From: a candidate division WOR-3 bacterium
GTDB lineage: Bacteria; Hydrothermota; Tepidihabitantia; Tepidihabitantales; Tepidihabitantaceae
Reading direction: 5' to 3'
DNA length: 64,000 bases
Assembly (NCBI GenBank): GCA_965649295.1
Contig: CBFGKH010000006.1
Coordinates: 123,639-187,638, forward strand
Shown here in pieces: positions 1-9,258 of this stretch. Below the pieces are notes generated by a model. The model was not told the DNA's origin. It worked only from the letters and a program-made list of their open reading frames with translations, and did not search any database. Within the stretch, counting starts at the first letter, position 1. Each line of letters begins with the position of its first letter. Position numbers and translations under genes: made by a program.

Positions 1-1770
1 CGTCACCTGCAGCCCTTCACCTTCCAGCGCCTGACTGAACCCAATCGGGAACTCCACTTCGGCCCTGCCATCAGCCAGTCGGGCCGAACCCGAGGCCACG
101 ACCTGTTGCTCTTGTCCAATCAGCCCATAGCCGGTCACGCCATCTGCCAGCCAGGTCTGCCAACCACCGGTGGCGTAGCCGTGTCCCTGCACATAGAAGC
201 CGCGAATGCCAGCACCAGTACCGGTGTTGTTATAGGCGGTCAGGGCGTAGTTGTCGTTGTTGTTGTTCCGAAAGTGGCCGCCCGCACCGTTGTTGCTGTT
301 GGCATAGACACCGTAGCTACCGGCATTGGAGACAAGCACGCCCATCGCATTGGCGTTCGGCGTGTACAAGGCGTAGTTGGCATTCGTCACCTGCACGCCG
401 TCGTCTCCCGCACTTGCTATCTGGATGCCGTCAATGCTTGCCGTGCCGACGACCACCCCGAACTGCGCTGAATTGATGCGGAAACCCTGATTGGCGGTAT
501 CAACCTGCACGCCGGTCGAGTCCGCCTTCAGCACACGCACGCCATCCTTGCGCGCCCGCTGCACATAGGCGCCGTGAGCATTGGCCCGCGCCACGTGCAG
601 CCCGTGCGCGCCAGCCCGGTCAATCGCGAACCCGGACCAGCCGCAGGAATCGGCGTGAAACCCGTGATGCCCGCTGAACCCGGCATCGAAGCCGTTCATA
701 GTGACAGCGGTGTCAACCTGCACGCCGGTCGTCTGCGCTCGCACGACCTCGATGCCATCGGCACCGGCGCGGCCGACATACACACCTTCCCAGCCAGTGT
801 TCCCTATCCAAATGCCCAACGACTGGGCCGAGTCAATCCGCAAGCCGTTGCCTTGTGACGCCAGAACCTGGACGCCGTTCTGCGTTGCCCGCTCTACAAA
901 CAGCCCGGCCTGGGCACTGTCCACGCGCACGCCGAACAGACCGGCTCGATCCACGGTCAGGCCGTTGTAGCTTGAGCGCCAGACCCGCATCCCGTAGTCA
1001 CCGGCACGAATCACCGCGATTCCGCCGCCCGCGCCGCTGTTGTTCGCCAGCAGCACCGCGCCGGTTCCGGCCACCGCCGCATCAAGCGTGCAGGGCTTGA
1101 CAATATCACTGCCGCGCACCGGCCCGGCACCGATCCCGATGCTGTCATTACGCGGCTGCCACGCCGAGCCGGTCCACTTCATCACCTGCCCGGTCGCAGC
1201 GCCCATCTGCCCAAGGTCACTAGCCGCAATCGTGCCGTCGCTAATCATCGCCGATGTCACCGCGCCGGCCTGCCCTTCGTTGACATACCGGCTGTCAAGC
1301 GCAATCGTGTCCTTGCCCTGGAGCAGGTCGGCATTCGCTGCCCGCTCACTCAAGTAGGCATAGGCCGCGCTCGCTATCCGCAGCCTCGGAGCCAGCTCGG
1401 CGCCGTTCACCGCCATCCCAAGATAGACCGCACCTGCGTCCGGCACCGTGCCGATTGGTGTCACCGACCCAAGCAGCACCGAGAATAGCCCGGCTCGGGT
1501 GCGCACGGACTGGGTCTCCTCCCAGAACTGGGTACCGCCGCTTGGCTGGCTGTACAGCCGGAAGCGAACCGAGTAGAGCGTATCTGCCACCGGCACCCCC
1601 AAGGTGTCGGTCAGCCTGCCTTGATACGATAGCAATCGGGGAATGGTAATATTGTCGGTCGCGAAAGTTACCGCGCCTGCCTGGCGAGACAACCCCGGCT
1701 GCTCCAAATGAGCACTAGCCAGCGCCAGCACCCAAAGCGACAGCAGTATCAGCACGTTCCGTACGACCAT
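1..1770 (-). CDS. Secreted surface/tail-fibre-like protein with beta-solenoid repeats (partial, runs off the window start)
   Basis: Absent from the ORF track because it has no stop in the window. Read manually from ATG at 1770 (RBS GGAGG): MVVRNVLILLSLWVLALASA signal peptide, IPRLLSYQGRLTDTLGVPVADTLYSVRFRLY...GLFSVLLGSV domain, repeated GVQVDTA segments, C-terminal GSARLADGRAEVEF...LQVT. Confidence 0.8.
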   Translation of the reverse strand, partial: MVVRNVLILLSLWVLALASAHLEQPGLSRQAGAVTFATDNITIPRLLSYQGRLTDTLGVPVADTLYSVRFRLYSQPSGGTQFWEETQSVRTRAGLFSVLLGSVTPIGTVPDAGAVYLGMAVNGAELAPRLRIASAAYAYLSERAANADLLQGKDTIALDSRYVNEGQAGAVTSAMISDGTIAASDLGQMGAATGQVMKWTGSAWQPRNDSIGIGAGPVRGSDIVKPCTLDAAVAGTGAVLLANNSGAGGGIAVIRAGDYGMRVWRSSYNGLTVDRAGLFGVRVDSAQAGLFVERATQNGVQVLASQGNGLRIDSAQSLGIWIGNTGWEGVYVGRAGADGIEVVRAQTTGVQVDTAVTMNGFDAGFSGHHGFHADSCGWSGFAIDRAGAHGLHVARANAHGAYVQRARKDGVRVLKADSTGVQVDTANQGFRINSAQFGVVVGTASIDGIQIASAGDDGVQVTNANYALYTPNANAMGVLVSNAGSYGVYANSNNGAGGHFRNNNNDNYALTAYNNTGTGAGIRGFYVQGHGYATGGWQTWLADGVTGYGLIGQEQQVVASGSARLADGRAEVEFPIGFSQALEGEGLQVT

Positions 1771-1903
1771 GGCGGTTCCTCCCTTGGTCGAACTAGCTCC
1801 TGCCTTCCGACACGTCCATGCTGCGGACCGGCCACGGCCCAGACCCGGCCCGAGTGACAAGCCAATCTAAACCAATGACGAGAAAGGTCAAGTAGGAACA
1901 GGA

Positions 1904-1932
1904 TTGCCCGGAGCCTGCTCTTTCCGTATAAT
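1904..1932 (+). promoter_or_regulatory. sigma70-type promoter
   Basis: TTGCCC-N17-TATAAT upstream of RBS AGGAG and ATG 1964. Confidence 0.65.
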
Positions 1933-1963
1933 AATTAGCTGGCTAGGTTGGATAGGAGTGGAT

Positions 1964-2218
1964 ATGTCAAACAACCTCTCAGACCGCTTTGCCTTTGATG
2001 CCGAACGGCTGCGCCGCATCCGCGCCATCGAGGAACAGACCGAGCCCGGCTACCGCCCCAATCGCGATTTCTATTCTTACCTGCGCTTGTTCCTCGTGCT
2101 CGTCCTGATTGGGATTGCGGTCGGCTACCTCTACGTCCACCGCGAAAGCGTCATCGAATGGGTCCGCCAACCAGTGGCAAAGCCACCGGTTGACACCCTG
2201 CCGGCCGACGATTTCTAA
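1964..2218 (+). CDS. Small single-pass membrane protein
   Basis: MSNNLSDRF..., one hydrophobic helix (LFLVLVLIGIAVGYLYV), good RBS and promoter. Confidence 0.7.
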   Translation: MSNNLSDRFAFDAERLRRIRAIEEQTEPGYRPNRDFYSYLRLFLVLVLIGIAVGYLYVHRESVIEWVRQPVAKPPVDTLPADDF

Positions 2219-2233
2219 CGGTAACGGCAGCGG

Positions 2234-2794
2234 CTAGTGCAGCCGCTCCAGATACTTGCCGGTGGCGACGTCAATCCGAATGCGGTCGCCGTTCTTGATG
2301 AACTGCGGCACTAGCACTTCAAGTCCGTTCTCGATTGTCGCCGTCTTCGGTGCGGCATTGGGATCGCCGTGCAGGGCCGGCCCAGTTGCCGTCACCACCA
2401 CATCAACTGTCCGCGGCAGAACCGCATCCAGCGGCTCACTGCCCAAAAACTCAAACTGCAGTCGGCACCCGTCAGTCACAAACCGCTCGTAGTTGCCAAG
2501 CATCTGTCTCGGGATGGCGATATCCTCAAAAGTCTCGGGATGGAGAAAATGAAACGTATCGGCATCACGATAAGAGTAGTCCAGCCAGACCGTCTCCACC
2601 GCAATGTCCTCAACCTTGGCCTCCGGATGAAGGCGTTGTTCGGTCTGGGTGTGGGTGCGAAGATTGCGCAGCCGGACATGAACCGAACTCGGCAGCTTGG
2701 CCGTCCCGACCTTGAGCTCGGCGTGCAGCACCTTATACAGCTCGCCATCAATTCGGACACACATCCCATCGCGCAGGTCTGCTGCCTTAATCAT
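2234..2794 (-). CDS. efp: Elongation factor P family protein with a non-canonical loop
   Basis: 186 aa; AADLRDGMCVRIDGELYKV, RLRNLRT, VPQFIKNGDRIRIDVATGKYLER; loop reads KVGTAKLP instead of KPGKG. Confidence 0.85.
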   Translation of the reverse strand: MIKAADLRDGMCVRIDGELYKVLHAELKVGTAKLPSSVHVRLRNLRTHTQTEQRLHPEAKVEDIAVETVWLDYSYRDADTFHFLHPETFEDIAIPRQMLGNYERFVTDGCRLQFEFLGSEPLDAVLPRTVDVVVTATGPALHGDPNAAPKTATIENGLEVLVPQFIKNGDRIRIDVATGKYLERLH

Positions 2795-2977
2795 ACACGC
2801 TCCTAGTTACCTGACCCAGCCTAGCCGACGCCAGACACGCTGTCAAAGAGAACTGCCGCCAACTCCGTACGATATCGGTCAATTCTCAGCCCCGCCAACG
2901 ACCGTGGCTAAGCTCCAACCGTCGCCATAGCTGTGTGCTCAGAAGACCATGGCCTGTTCTCGATGTTTCTGGCTGGA

Positions 2978-3280
2978 AACTTCTGCAAGACAATCGGTTA
3001 GGTAGAGCCACCAGTCCTCGAGACCCCCTCCCCGTGGACTGTCCCGGGAGTGGTCCCCAAAGCTACCCGCAACCCCGCTGGCCGCAGCACTCTCGTAGCC
3101 CTTCTCCACTGTCCTTGCCCGCGAGCCTCCAAACCGGCCTGCGCAGGCCCTTTCTATTGGGTGAGCCATAGTCCTTCGGGCAGCCCCTGCAACAGTGCCT
3201 CTGGACAAGCCTCGCCTTCCCCTCGCATCGGCCTTCTCGCCGCTCTCTGGCCACCTCCTAGGACTTACCCTTAGTAAGCG
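2978..3280 (-). repeat. 12-nt-periodic intergenic element, copy 1
   Basis: Plus-strand 12-mers from 3041 start gtc,gtc,acc,gct,act,ctt,cct,gcc,gcc,cct,gtg,cct,ccc,gcc,gcc,cct,ctt,ctc,cct,cct. The minus strand carries the shared core AGCTTTGGGGAC-CACTCCCGGGAC-AGT and the end motif CTAACCGATTGTCTTGCAGAAGTT. Confidence 0.7.
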
Positions 3281-3427
3281 CTCCGAGCAGCCCCTCGTTG
3301 CCCACTCACCAGACCGCCTCCTTGCGGTCCCAACCTTGGTTTGCCGAGAGCCGTTGTTCTCGGCTCACCTGGTTACTGGCCCTCTGGTTTTTGACTTCGC
3401 GGCCCGACCCTCCTATCATTGCCAGTT

Positions 3428-4567
3428 ATGCGTCTGCTCGTTGTCAACTGGCGCTGCATCAAAAACCCGCTGGCCGGTGGTGCTGAAATCTACTTTCAGG
3501 AGATCTTTTCGCGCTTGGTCCGGCGCGGTTACGAAGTGACACTGTTGGCTGAGCGCTTTGCCGGTTCGATGCCCGAAGAGACAATTGACGGGATTCGGAT
3601 CATCCGCCGGGGTGGCAAGAACACTTTCAACTTCACGGTCTATCGCCACATTGACCGGCTGGCCAAATCGCTCGAAGCCGACCTCGTGATTGACGACCTG
3701 AACAAGATTCCCTTCTATTCGCCGTGGTTTACCCGGCGGCCGGTGCTGGCGATTCTGATGCATCTCTTCCGCGGCGCAATCTTCCACGAGACCCTACCGC
3801 CGCTTGCCGCCTATGTCTGGCTGGCAGAGAGCATCATTCCTTTGGCATATCGGAACTGCCGGTTCGCCGTGCTCTCCGAAAGCTCAAAGGCCGACACCGT
3901 CCGGCTCGGCATCCGGCCCGAGCGCATCACCGTAATTCCGCCCGGCACCGACTTCGACCGCTTCCGGCCGCCCACTAGCGCACCGGACCGCCTGACCACT
4001 GCTGTGCCGGTCGTCCTCCACGTCGGCCGCCTGAAGAAATACAAGGCCACCGACCACCTGCTTCAGGCCTCACGCCGGCTGCTCGACAAAGGGGTGAAGC
4101 ATCGCGTGGTCATAGTCGGCACCGGCGATGACCTGCCGCGGCTGCGCAAGATTGCCGCCGGTCTCGGTCTGGACCCCACGGTCGAGTTCACCGGCTTTGT
4201 CTCAGAAGAAGAGAAAATAGCCTGGTACCGCCGTGCTGCGGTGCTATCTGAGAACTCGGTGAAAGAAGGTTGGGGACTGATTGTGATGGAGGCGAATGGC
4301 TGCGGCCTGCCAGTCGTGGTTGCCGACTCGCCCGGCCTGCGCGACTCCTCCCGCGACGGCATCAACGGCCTGGTCTATCCTTACGGCGATATTCCGGCCC
4401 TGGCCGAACGGCTCGAACGGCTGCTCACCGACGAGGCCCTGCGCCAAAAGCTTGGCGAGCAGGCCATCAAATGGGCGCACCAGTGGACCTGGGATGCTGC
4501 CGCCGACCAGATGGCGGCAGTGATCGAGCAGGCAAAGACCGAAGCCGAAAAGGTAGGGGGAAGATGA
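3428..4567 (+). CDS. Glycosyltransferase family 4 (GT-B)
   Basis: GGAE N-terminal motif, VGRLKKYK, EGWGLIVMEANGCG (E-x7-E). Confidence 0.9.
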   Translation: MRLLVVNWRCIKNPLAGGAEIYFQEIFSRLVRRGYEVTLLAERFAGSMPEETIDGIRIIRRGGKNTFNFTVYRHIDRLAKSLEADLVIDDLNKIPFYSPWFTRRPVLAILMHLFRGAIFHETLPPLAAYVWLAESIIPLAYRNCRFAVLSESSKADTVRLGIRPERITVIPPGTDFDRFRPPTSAPDRLTTAVPVVLHVGRLKKYKATDHLLQASRRLLDKGVKHRVVIVGTGDDLPRLRKIAAGLGLDPTVEFTGFVSEEEKIAWYRRAAVLSENSVKEGWGLIVMEANGCGLPVVVADSPGLRDSSRDGINGLVYPYGDIPALAERLERLLTDEALRQKLGEQAIKWAHQWTWDAAADQMAAVIEQAKTEAEKVGGR

Positions 4568-4905
4568 CCATTGTTCGTGATGGAATCACCTTGGCCGAGC
4601 TCAAGCAGCTAGCCGCTGCCCGGTTTGGCGATTATGTGAAAGCGGTTGTTGATATTGAGCGCCGCGTGATGGCAATCAGCGGTGAGCTACACTCCGATGA
4701 AGAAGATTTGCTGCTCAACGACGGCTCGCGCCAGCAGGACCTCTGGGGTATCAATCTCTACCCCGACGCCGACCCGGCTGGCTGGATCGAGTTCGATTCG
4801 ATGATCAACCTGCGGCCCTCACAGGGCAATCGCAGTCGCGGGGTTGACGATGCCCAGACCCGGGCACGGATTATCGAAGTTGTCAGCTCGCTAGTGCGAC
4901 GATGA
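4564..4905 (+). CDS. DUF5674-like protein
   Basis: Real start is probably ATG 4564, overlapping the GT stop: VKAVVDIER, GELHSDEEDLLL, LWGINLYP, IEFDSMINLRPSQGNRS. Confidence 0.8.
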   Translation: MTIVRDGITLAELKQLAAARFGDYVKAVVDIERRVMAISGELHSDEEDLLLNDGSRQQDLWGINLYPDADPAGWIEFDSMINLRPSQGNRSRGVDDAQTRARIIEVVSSLVRR

Positions 4906-5258
4906 ACTGGCAGCACCAGGACCTTGCCGCTGGCCGGTGGTTTGAACTCGACCTCATCGAGCAACTGGCGAACGTCGGTTCGGAAGTCGAACGGGCCATC
5001 AGTTGGCGCGAGAAAGGTGATGCCGAACGAAGCTGGCGCTCGTTTGAGCGGGCACTCGAACTACTAGACCTGACCATCGCCGACCCCAAGAACCGCGGTC
5101 GGCGCCGCGAGCCCTGCCGCTGCCGTGAACTGCTCGTTGACTACTTTGCCGGCGACAATCAGTACGGTTCCTCGGACGAACTCTGGCGCCGGTACTTCCT
5201 CGGCTTCGCCTGGGCCACCCAACTCCGCCGCACTGCCCGCCGCGCGCCTCGCCCCTAG
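4902..5258 (+). CDS. Conserved helical hypothetical protein
   Basis: ATGA-coupled to the DUF5674 gene; RWFELDLIEQLANVGSEVERA...FERALELLDLT motif. Confidence 0.75.
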   Translation: MNWQHQDLAAGRWFELDLIEQLANVGSEVERAISWREKGDAERSWRSFERALELLDLTIADPKNRGRRREPCRCRELLVDYFAGDNQYGSSDELWRRYFLGFAWATQLRRTARRAPRP

Positions 5259-5323
5259 CAACGCTGGCTTGAAATAGCCCGATTCCTTGACCCGCCCTTG
5301 ATTCGGCCATAAGATTCGCCGCT

Positions 5324-6337
5324 ATGAATGAAACTCCCGCGCTGCTGTGCCGCGATGTCGTCAAGAACTTCCGTCGCGGTCGTGGCCTGAAGAAGAAGAT
5401 TACCTGCGCGGTTGACCACGCGAACCTGGAGATTCGTCAGGGTGAGCTCTTCGGCCTCTTGGGCCCCAACGGCGCGGGTAAGACCACGCTCGTCCGCTGC
5501 ATCGCGACGCTGCTCATTCCCGACGCAGGCACAATCAGCCTGTTCGGCCACGACGTGTTCCGCGACTCGCTCTGGTGCCGCCAGCGCATCGGACTTTTGA
5601 CATCGGGCGAACGCACGCTCTACTGGAAGCTCTCGGCCCGCGCCAACCTGAACTTCTTTGCCGCGCTCTACGGCCTTTCGGGCAAGGCACGGGACAAGCG
5701 CATTGACTACCTGATTGAACTGCTCGGCCTGAAAGATGTCGAGCACGAGCGGCTCGAACGCTACTCGTCCGGAATGAAGCAGAAGGTGTCGGTCGCCCGC
5801 GCCATTCTTCACGACCCGGACCTGATTCTGCTGGACGAACCGTCGCTCGGACTCGACCCGCAGTTTGCCCGGTTCATCCGCCAGTTCATCAAGGAAGAGC
5901 TGAACGGACGCCTGGGCAAGACGATTCTCATCACCACCCATTACATGGACGAGGCCGACGAACTCTGCAACCGCATCGCGTTCATCAGCAAAGGCAAGAT
6001 TGTTGACTGCAAGACCCCGGCCGAGTACAAACGTGACATCCCGCACACCGAAATGCTGCACATCCGGCTGCAGGGCCGGCCTGACACATCCGGGCTTGAG
6101 CGCCTGCCCACGGTCGAGCGCGTCGCTGCCGAGCACAACGACGGCGTGACGAGCGTCCGGGTTGTCGCCCCGCGGGTCGAGACCGTGTTGGCCGACGCCA
6201 TCGAGCTGCTGCGGCCCCAGGCCAAGATTCTCGGCATCGAGGTGAAACAGCCCACGCTCGAAGACGTCTTTCTCTACGTCACCGGCACGTCACTCGGCGC
6301 TGACACGAGCGAGGGCAAGCCCGAAGCGCAGCGCTAG
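5324..6337 (+). CDS. ABC-2 type exporter ATP-binding subunit
   Basis: Walker A GPNGAGKT, signature YSSGMKQ, Walker B LILLDEP, H-loop TTH. Confidence 0.95.
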   Translation: MNETPALLCRDVVKNFRRGRGLKKKITCAVDHANLEIRQGELFGLLGPNGAGKTTLVRCIATLLIPDAGTISLFGHDVFRDSLWCRQRIGLLTSGERTLYWKLSARANLNFFAALYGLSGKARDKRIDYLIELLGLKDVEHERLERYSSGMKQKVSVARAILHDPDLILLDEPSLGLDPQFARFIRQFIKEELNGRLGKTILITTHYMDEADELCNRIAFISKGKIVDCKTPAEYKRDIPHTEMLHIRLQGRPDTSGLERLPTVERVAAEHNDGVTSVRVVAPRVETVLADAIELLRPQAKILGIEVKQPTLEDVFLYVTGTSLGADTSEGKPEAQR

Positions 6338-6346
6338 CCTGCTGCA

Positions 6347-7177
6347 ATGTCCTTCGCGGCAACCCTCAATGTCATCCGGGCCGAGATTGAGAAGACCTTT
6401 CGCATCTACCTGTCCTATCCGATCATCCTCGCCTTCTGGGCCATCTTTCCGCTGCTCTGGGTTTTCCCGTTCGTGTTTCAGGGCCGGGCGCTCGTCGGCG
6501 CAGCTTCGAGCGAATCGTTCCGCCAGCTCACCGGTTCGGGCAACTACATGGCGTTCGTGCTCATCGGCGCGATGGTCTCTAACTTCGTCTTCTCCGGACT
6601 CTGGGGTGTGGGCAACTCCCTCCGCGAGGAGACCTACTGGGGCACAATGGAATACATCATCGCCTCGCCCACCCATCCACTCGTGATTCTCATCGGCAAG
6701 ACCCTGGCCGAAGCCATCTCGACGCTGATTATCGTCACCTTGCAGGCAGTCGTCATCAGCCTGCTCCCGTTTGGCATCTCGTTCAGCCTTGCCAAGGTCG
6801 TGCCGGTCCTGCTGATTGTCGGCCTGCTGATGATTGGGTTCTACGGCTTCACCATTGCCTTTGCCGGCTTCACTCTGCTCATCAAGGAGGCCCACGGCTG
6901 GATTCACACCCTCGAATGGGTCTTCTTTCTCTTCTCACCCATCCGTTACCCGGTGCAGGTCAATCCCATCACGCAGGTCGTCTCGACCCTGATACCATTG
7001 ACCTGGGCGCTCGTTGCCATCCGCGGCATCATCATGCTCAACCGCAACGAGGTCAGTCTTGGTAAAACAGTCGCCATCCTGCTCGTAATGGACGCAGTCC
7101 TGCTCGTATCCGGCTGGCTCATCTTCCGCTGGCTCGAACGCAAGACCCGTAAGGACGGAACCGTCGGGATGCACTAG
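6347..7177 (+). CDS. ABC-2 type permease
   Basis: About 6 TM helices, REETYWGTMEY motif, operonic with the ATPase. Confidence 0.9.
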   Translation: MSFAATLNVIRAEIEKTFRIYLSYPIILAFWAIFPLLWVFPFVFQGRALVGAASSESFRQLTGSGNYMAFVLIGAMVSNFVFSGLWGVGNSLREETYWGTMEYIIASPTHPLVILIGKTLAEAISTLIIVTLQAVVISLLPFGISFSLAKVVPVLLIVGLLMIGFYGFTIAFAGFTLLIKEAHGWIHTLEWVFFLFSPIRYPVQVNPITQVVSTLIPLTWALVAIRGIIMLNRNEVSLGKTVAILLVMDAVLLVSGWLIFRWLERKTRKDGTVGMH

Positions 7178-8092
7178 ATGAATACGGATTCACAGAGTCA
7201 AGGGGTCAGGGATTCCGGTCCGGTCGCCGGACTCCTTGCATCCTCGAATCCTGGTCTCCTTCTTCGGTTGCGCCATTACGCGAGCGCGGTCTGGGCCGAG
7301 AATATCAAAGAGTGGCGGCTCGAACTCACCTACCCAGCCGACTTCGCCCGCTCGCTCATTGACCCGGTTGTCTATCTCTTGCCGTATCTTCTTTATGGTG
7401 TAGCCCTGGTCGGCGGCCGCCAGTCCGAGAACCTGGCAAAGCTCGTCGGCACATCCGACCTCGTCTCGTTTGTCACGCTCGGCTACATCTTCATCGGCTT
7501 CATGAACATGGCCCTCTGGGCGATGGGCTTCTCGCTGCGCAAGGAGCAGATGTACGGCACGCTCGAATCGGTCTTTGCCGCGCCGGTGCCGCGTTGGGTC
7601 TTCACCATGGGAATGGCGATGCACTCAATCCTGCACCAACTACTGATGATTGCAGTGCAGATACTCTTCATCGTCCTCGTCTTCAGCATCCATATCAACC
7701 CGCTCGGGCTGCTGCCATCGCTCGCCATTATCGGCCTAATGATGGTCGCGCTCTATGGCATCGGCATGGTGATGGCTTCAACCACGCTCATCTTCAAGCA
7801 GGGCTGGCTCATCTCCGAAGCCCTGGCCAGCATCCTGATGGTAATTACCCCGATTGCCTACCCGCTGGCAGTACTACCCATCTTTCTCCAGCAGGCAGCC
7901 TTGGCCGTGCCCACGACCTACGGCATTCTCACCGCTCGCCATTTCCTCCTCGGCGAGCAGATGAGTTTCACTATTGCCGATGCGTTCCTTCGCCTCGGCA
8001 TCCTGTCGGTTATCTGGGTAGCATTCGGCCTTACGGTCTTCACCCTCATTGACAGATACACCCGCCGCTCTGGCACCCTCAGTCACTACTAA
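7178..8092 (+). CDS. ABC-2 type permease
   Basis: About 6 TM helices, RKEQMYGTLES motif, paralog of the preceding gene. Confidence 0.9.
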   Translation: MNTDSQSQGVRDSGPVAGLLASSNPGLLLRLRHYASAVWAENIKEWRLELTYPADFARSLIDPVVYLLPYLLYGVALVGGRQSENLAKLVGTSDLVSFVTLGYIFIGFMNMALWAMGFSLRKEQMYGTLESVFAAPVPRWVFTMGMAMHSILHQLLMIAVQILFIVLVFSIHINPLGLLPSLAIIGLMMVALYGIGMVMASTTLIFKQGWLISEALASILMVITPIAYPLAVLPIFLQQAALAVPTTYGILTARHFLLGEQMSFTIADAFLRLGILSVIWVAFGLTVFTLIDRYTRRSGTLSHY

Positions 8093-8110
8093 TACTATGG
8101 CGAGCCGGAC

Positions 8111-9025
8111 ATGAAGAGGATAGCACTAATCGGCGTAACAATGGGCGACCCAGCCGGCATCGGGCCTGAGATTCTGCTCAAGGCACTGGCCGCAATGCCC
8201 AGGTTCAGGCCGGTCATCTTCGGCTCGCGCGCGGTGCTAGAGAAGGAGCAGCGCCGACTTGGCACGAGCGTTGACCTGTCACTCGTCCAAGACTGCGCAC
8301 CCCGACTTGGCCGCTACCAGCTAGGCCGACCACAGAAGAACTGTGGCGAAGCAGCGTTCGCTTGCCTCGAAGCCGGCGTTACCGCGCTCCGGCAACGCAC
8401 GATAGCTGCGCTGGTCACTGCCCCAGTATCAAAAGAAGCTCTGCGCCTGGCCGGGTTTCGCTGGCCAGGCCAGACCGAGTTCCTTGCTGACCGGCTTGGT
8501 GCGCGCCACACCGCGATGCTGGCTTGGACCCCGCGGTTCAAGGCGGTCTTTGTCACAATTCATTTGCCCCTGACCCAGGTCAGCCGTCATCTCACCACCG
8601 ACGCCGTTGCCGAGAAAGCCCGCCTCCTTCACGAGTTTCTCCAAGCCGAACTCGGTCGCAAGCCGCGCATCTGCTGCCTTGCGTTCAATCCCCACGGCTA
8701 CGAGTTCACCCGGGGCGAAGAGAAGCGAATTGCCGCTGGCGTGAACCTAGCGCGCCAGGCCGGCATTGATGCTGTTGGCCCGATTCCAGCCGATGCTGCG
8801 ATCGCCTCCCTTGCCTACGATGGTTTTGTCGCCATGTACCACGAGCAGGCGATGATTCCGGCCAAGCTGCTGGCCCATGGTCAGGGTGTCAATGTAACAC
8901 TCGGGCTTGGCCGTATCCGCACTTCGCCCCTGCACGGCACTGCCTTTGACATCGCTGGACAAGGCATTGCCAGCCCCAGCTCAATGCTGGCAGCTATTCG
9001 CCTGGCCCGGCGCCTCGCTCGCTAG
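8111..9025 (+). CDS. pdxA: 4-hydroxythreonine-4-phosphate dehydrogenase PdxA family
   Basis: TMGDPAGIGPE, TAPVSK, MYHEQ, RTSPLHGTAFDIAG. Confidence 0.9.
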   Translation: MKRIALIGVTMGDPAGIGPEILLKALAAMPRFRPVIFGSRAVLEKEQRRLGTSVDLSLVQDCAPRLGRYQLGRPQKNCGEAAFACLEAGVTALRQRTIAALVTAPVSKEALRLAGFRWPGQTEFLADRLGARHTAMLAWTPRFKAVFVTIHLPLTQVSRHLTTDAVAEKARLLHEFLQAELGRKPRICCLAFNPHGYEFTRGEEKRIAAGVNLARQAGIDAVGPIPADAAIASLAYDGFVAMYHEQAMIPAKLLAHGQGVNVTLGLGRIRTSPLHGTAFDIAGQGIASPSSMLAAIRLARRLAR

Positions 9026-9049
9026 TTCAGAAAATACAACCTAGGAAAA

Positions 9050-9186
9050 CCGGCCGGCAAAGAGGCGGGCGACGGCGTGGGGTCAGGCGGGTGGGATGAT
9101 GTTGGTCCAGCGAGATGGGCCTCACCAGACCCTGTGGAGGTTGAGATGCTCTGCCGCCTGAGGCCGCCGCCCTGCCTCACCAATCG
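9050..9186 (-). ncRNA. Structured small RNA, 6S RNA-like candidate
   Basis: Own promoter (TTGACA 9221-9216, TAAATA about 9199-9194). Long rod: GAGGCAGGGCGGCG/CGCCGTCGCCCGCCTC, TCAGGCGG/CCGCCTGA, a central A/C-rich bubble, and an apical stem GGTCTGGTGAG/CTCGCTGGACC. Confidence 0.5.
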
Positions 9187-9258
9187 CAACTTATATTTAG
9201 TCTGGAACAAGCCGCTGTCAAGTATTATTGCAACTGGCCAGAAATTCGCTGGTTAGGT

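Noticed and set aside
106..1649. Cluster of short plus-strand ORFs
   Set aside because: Antisense to the long minus-strand CDS 1-1770.
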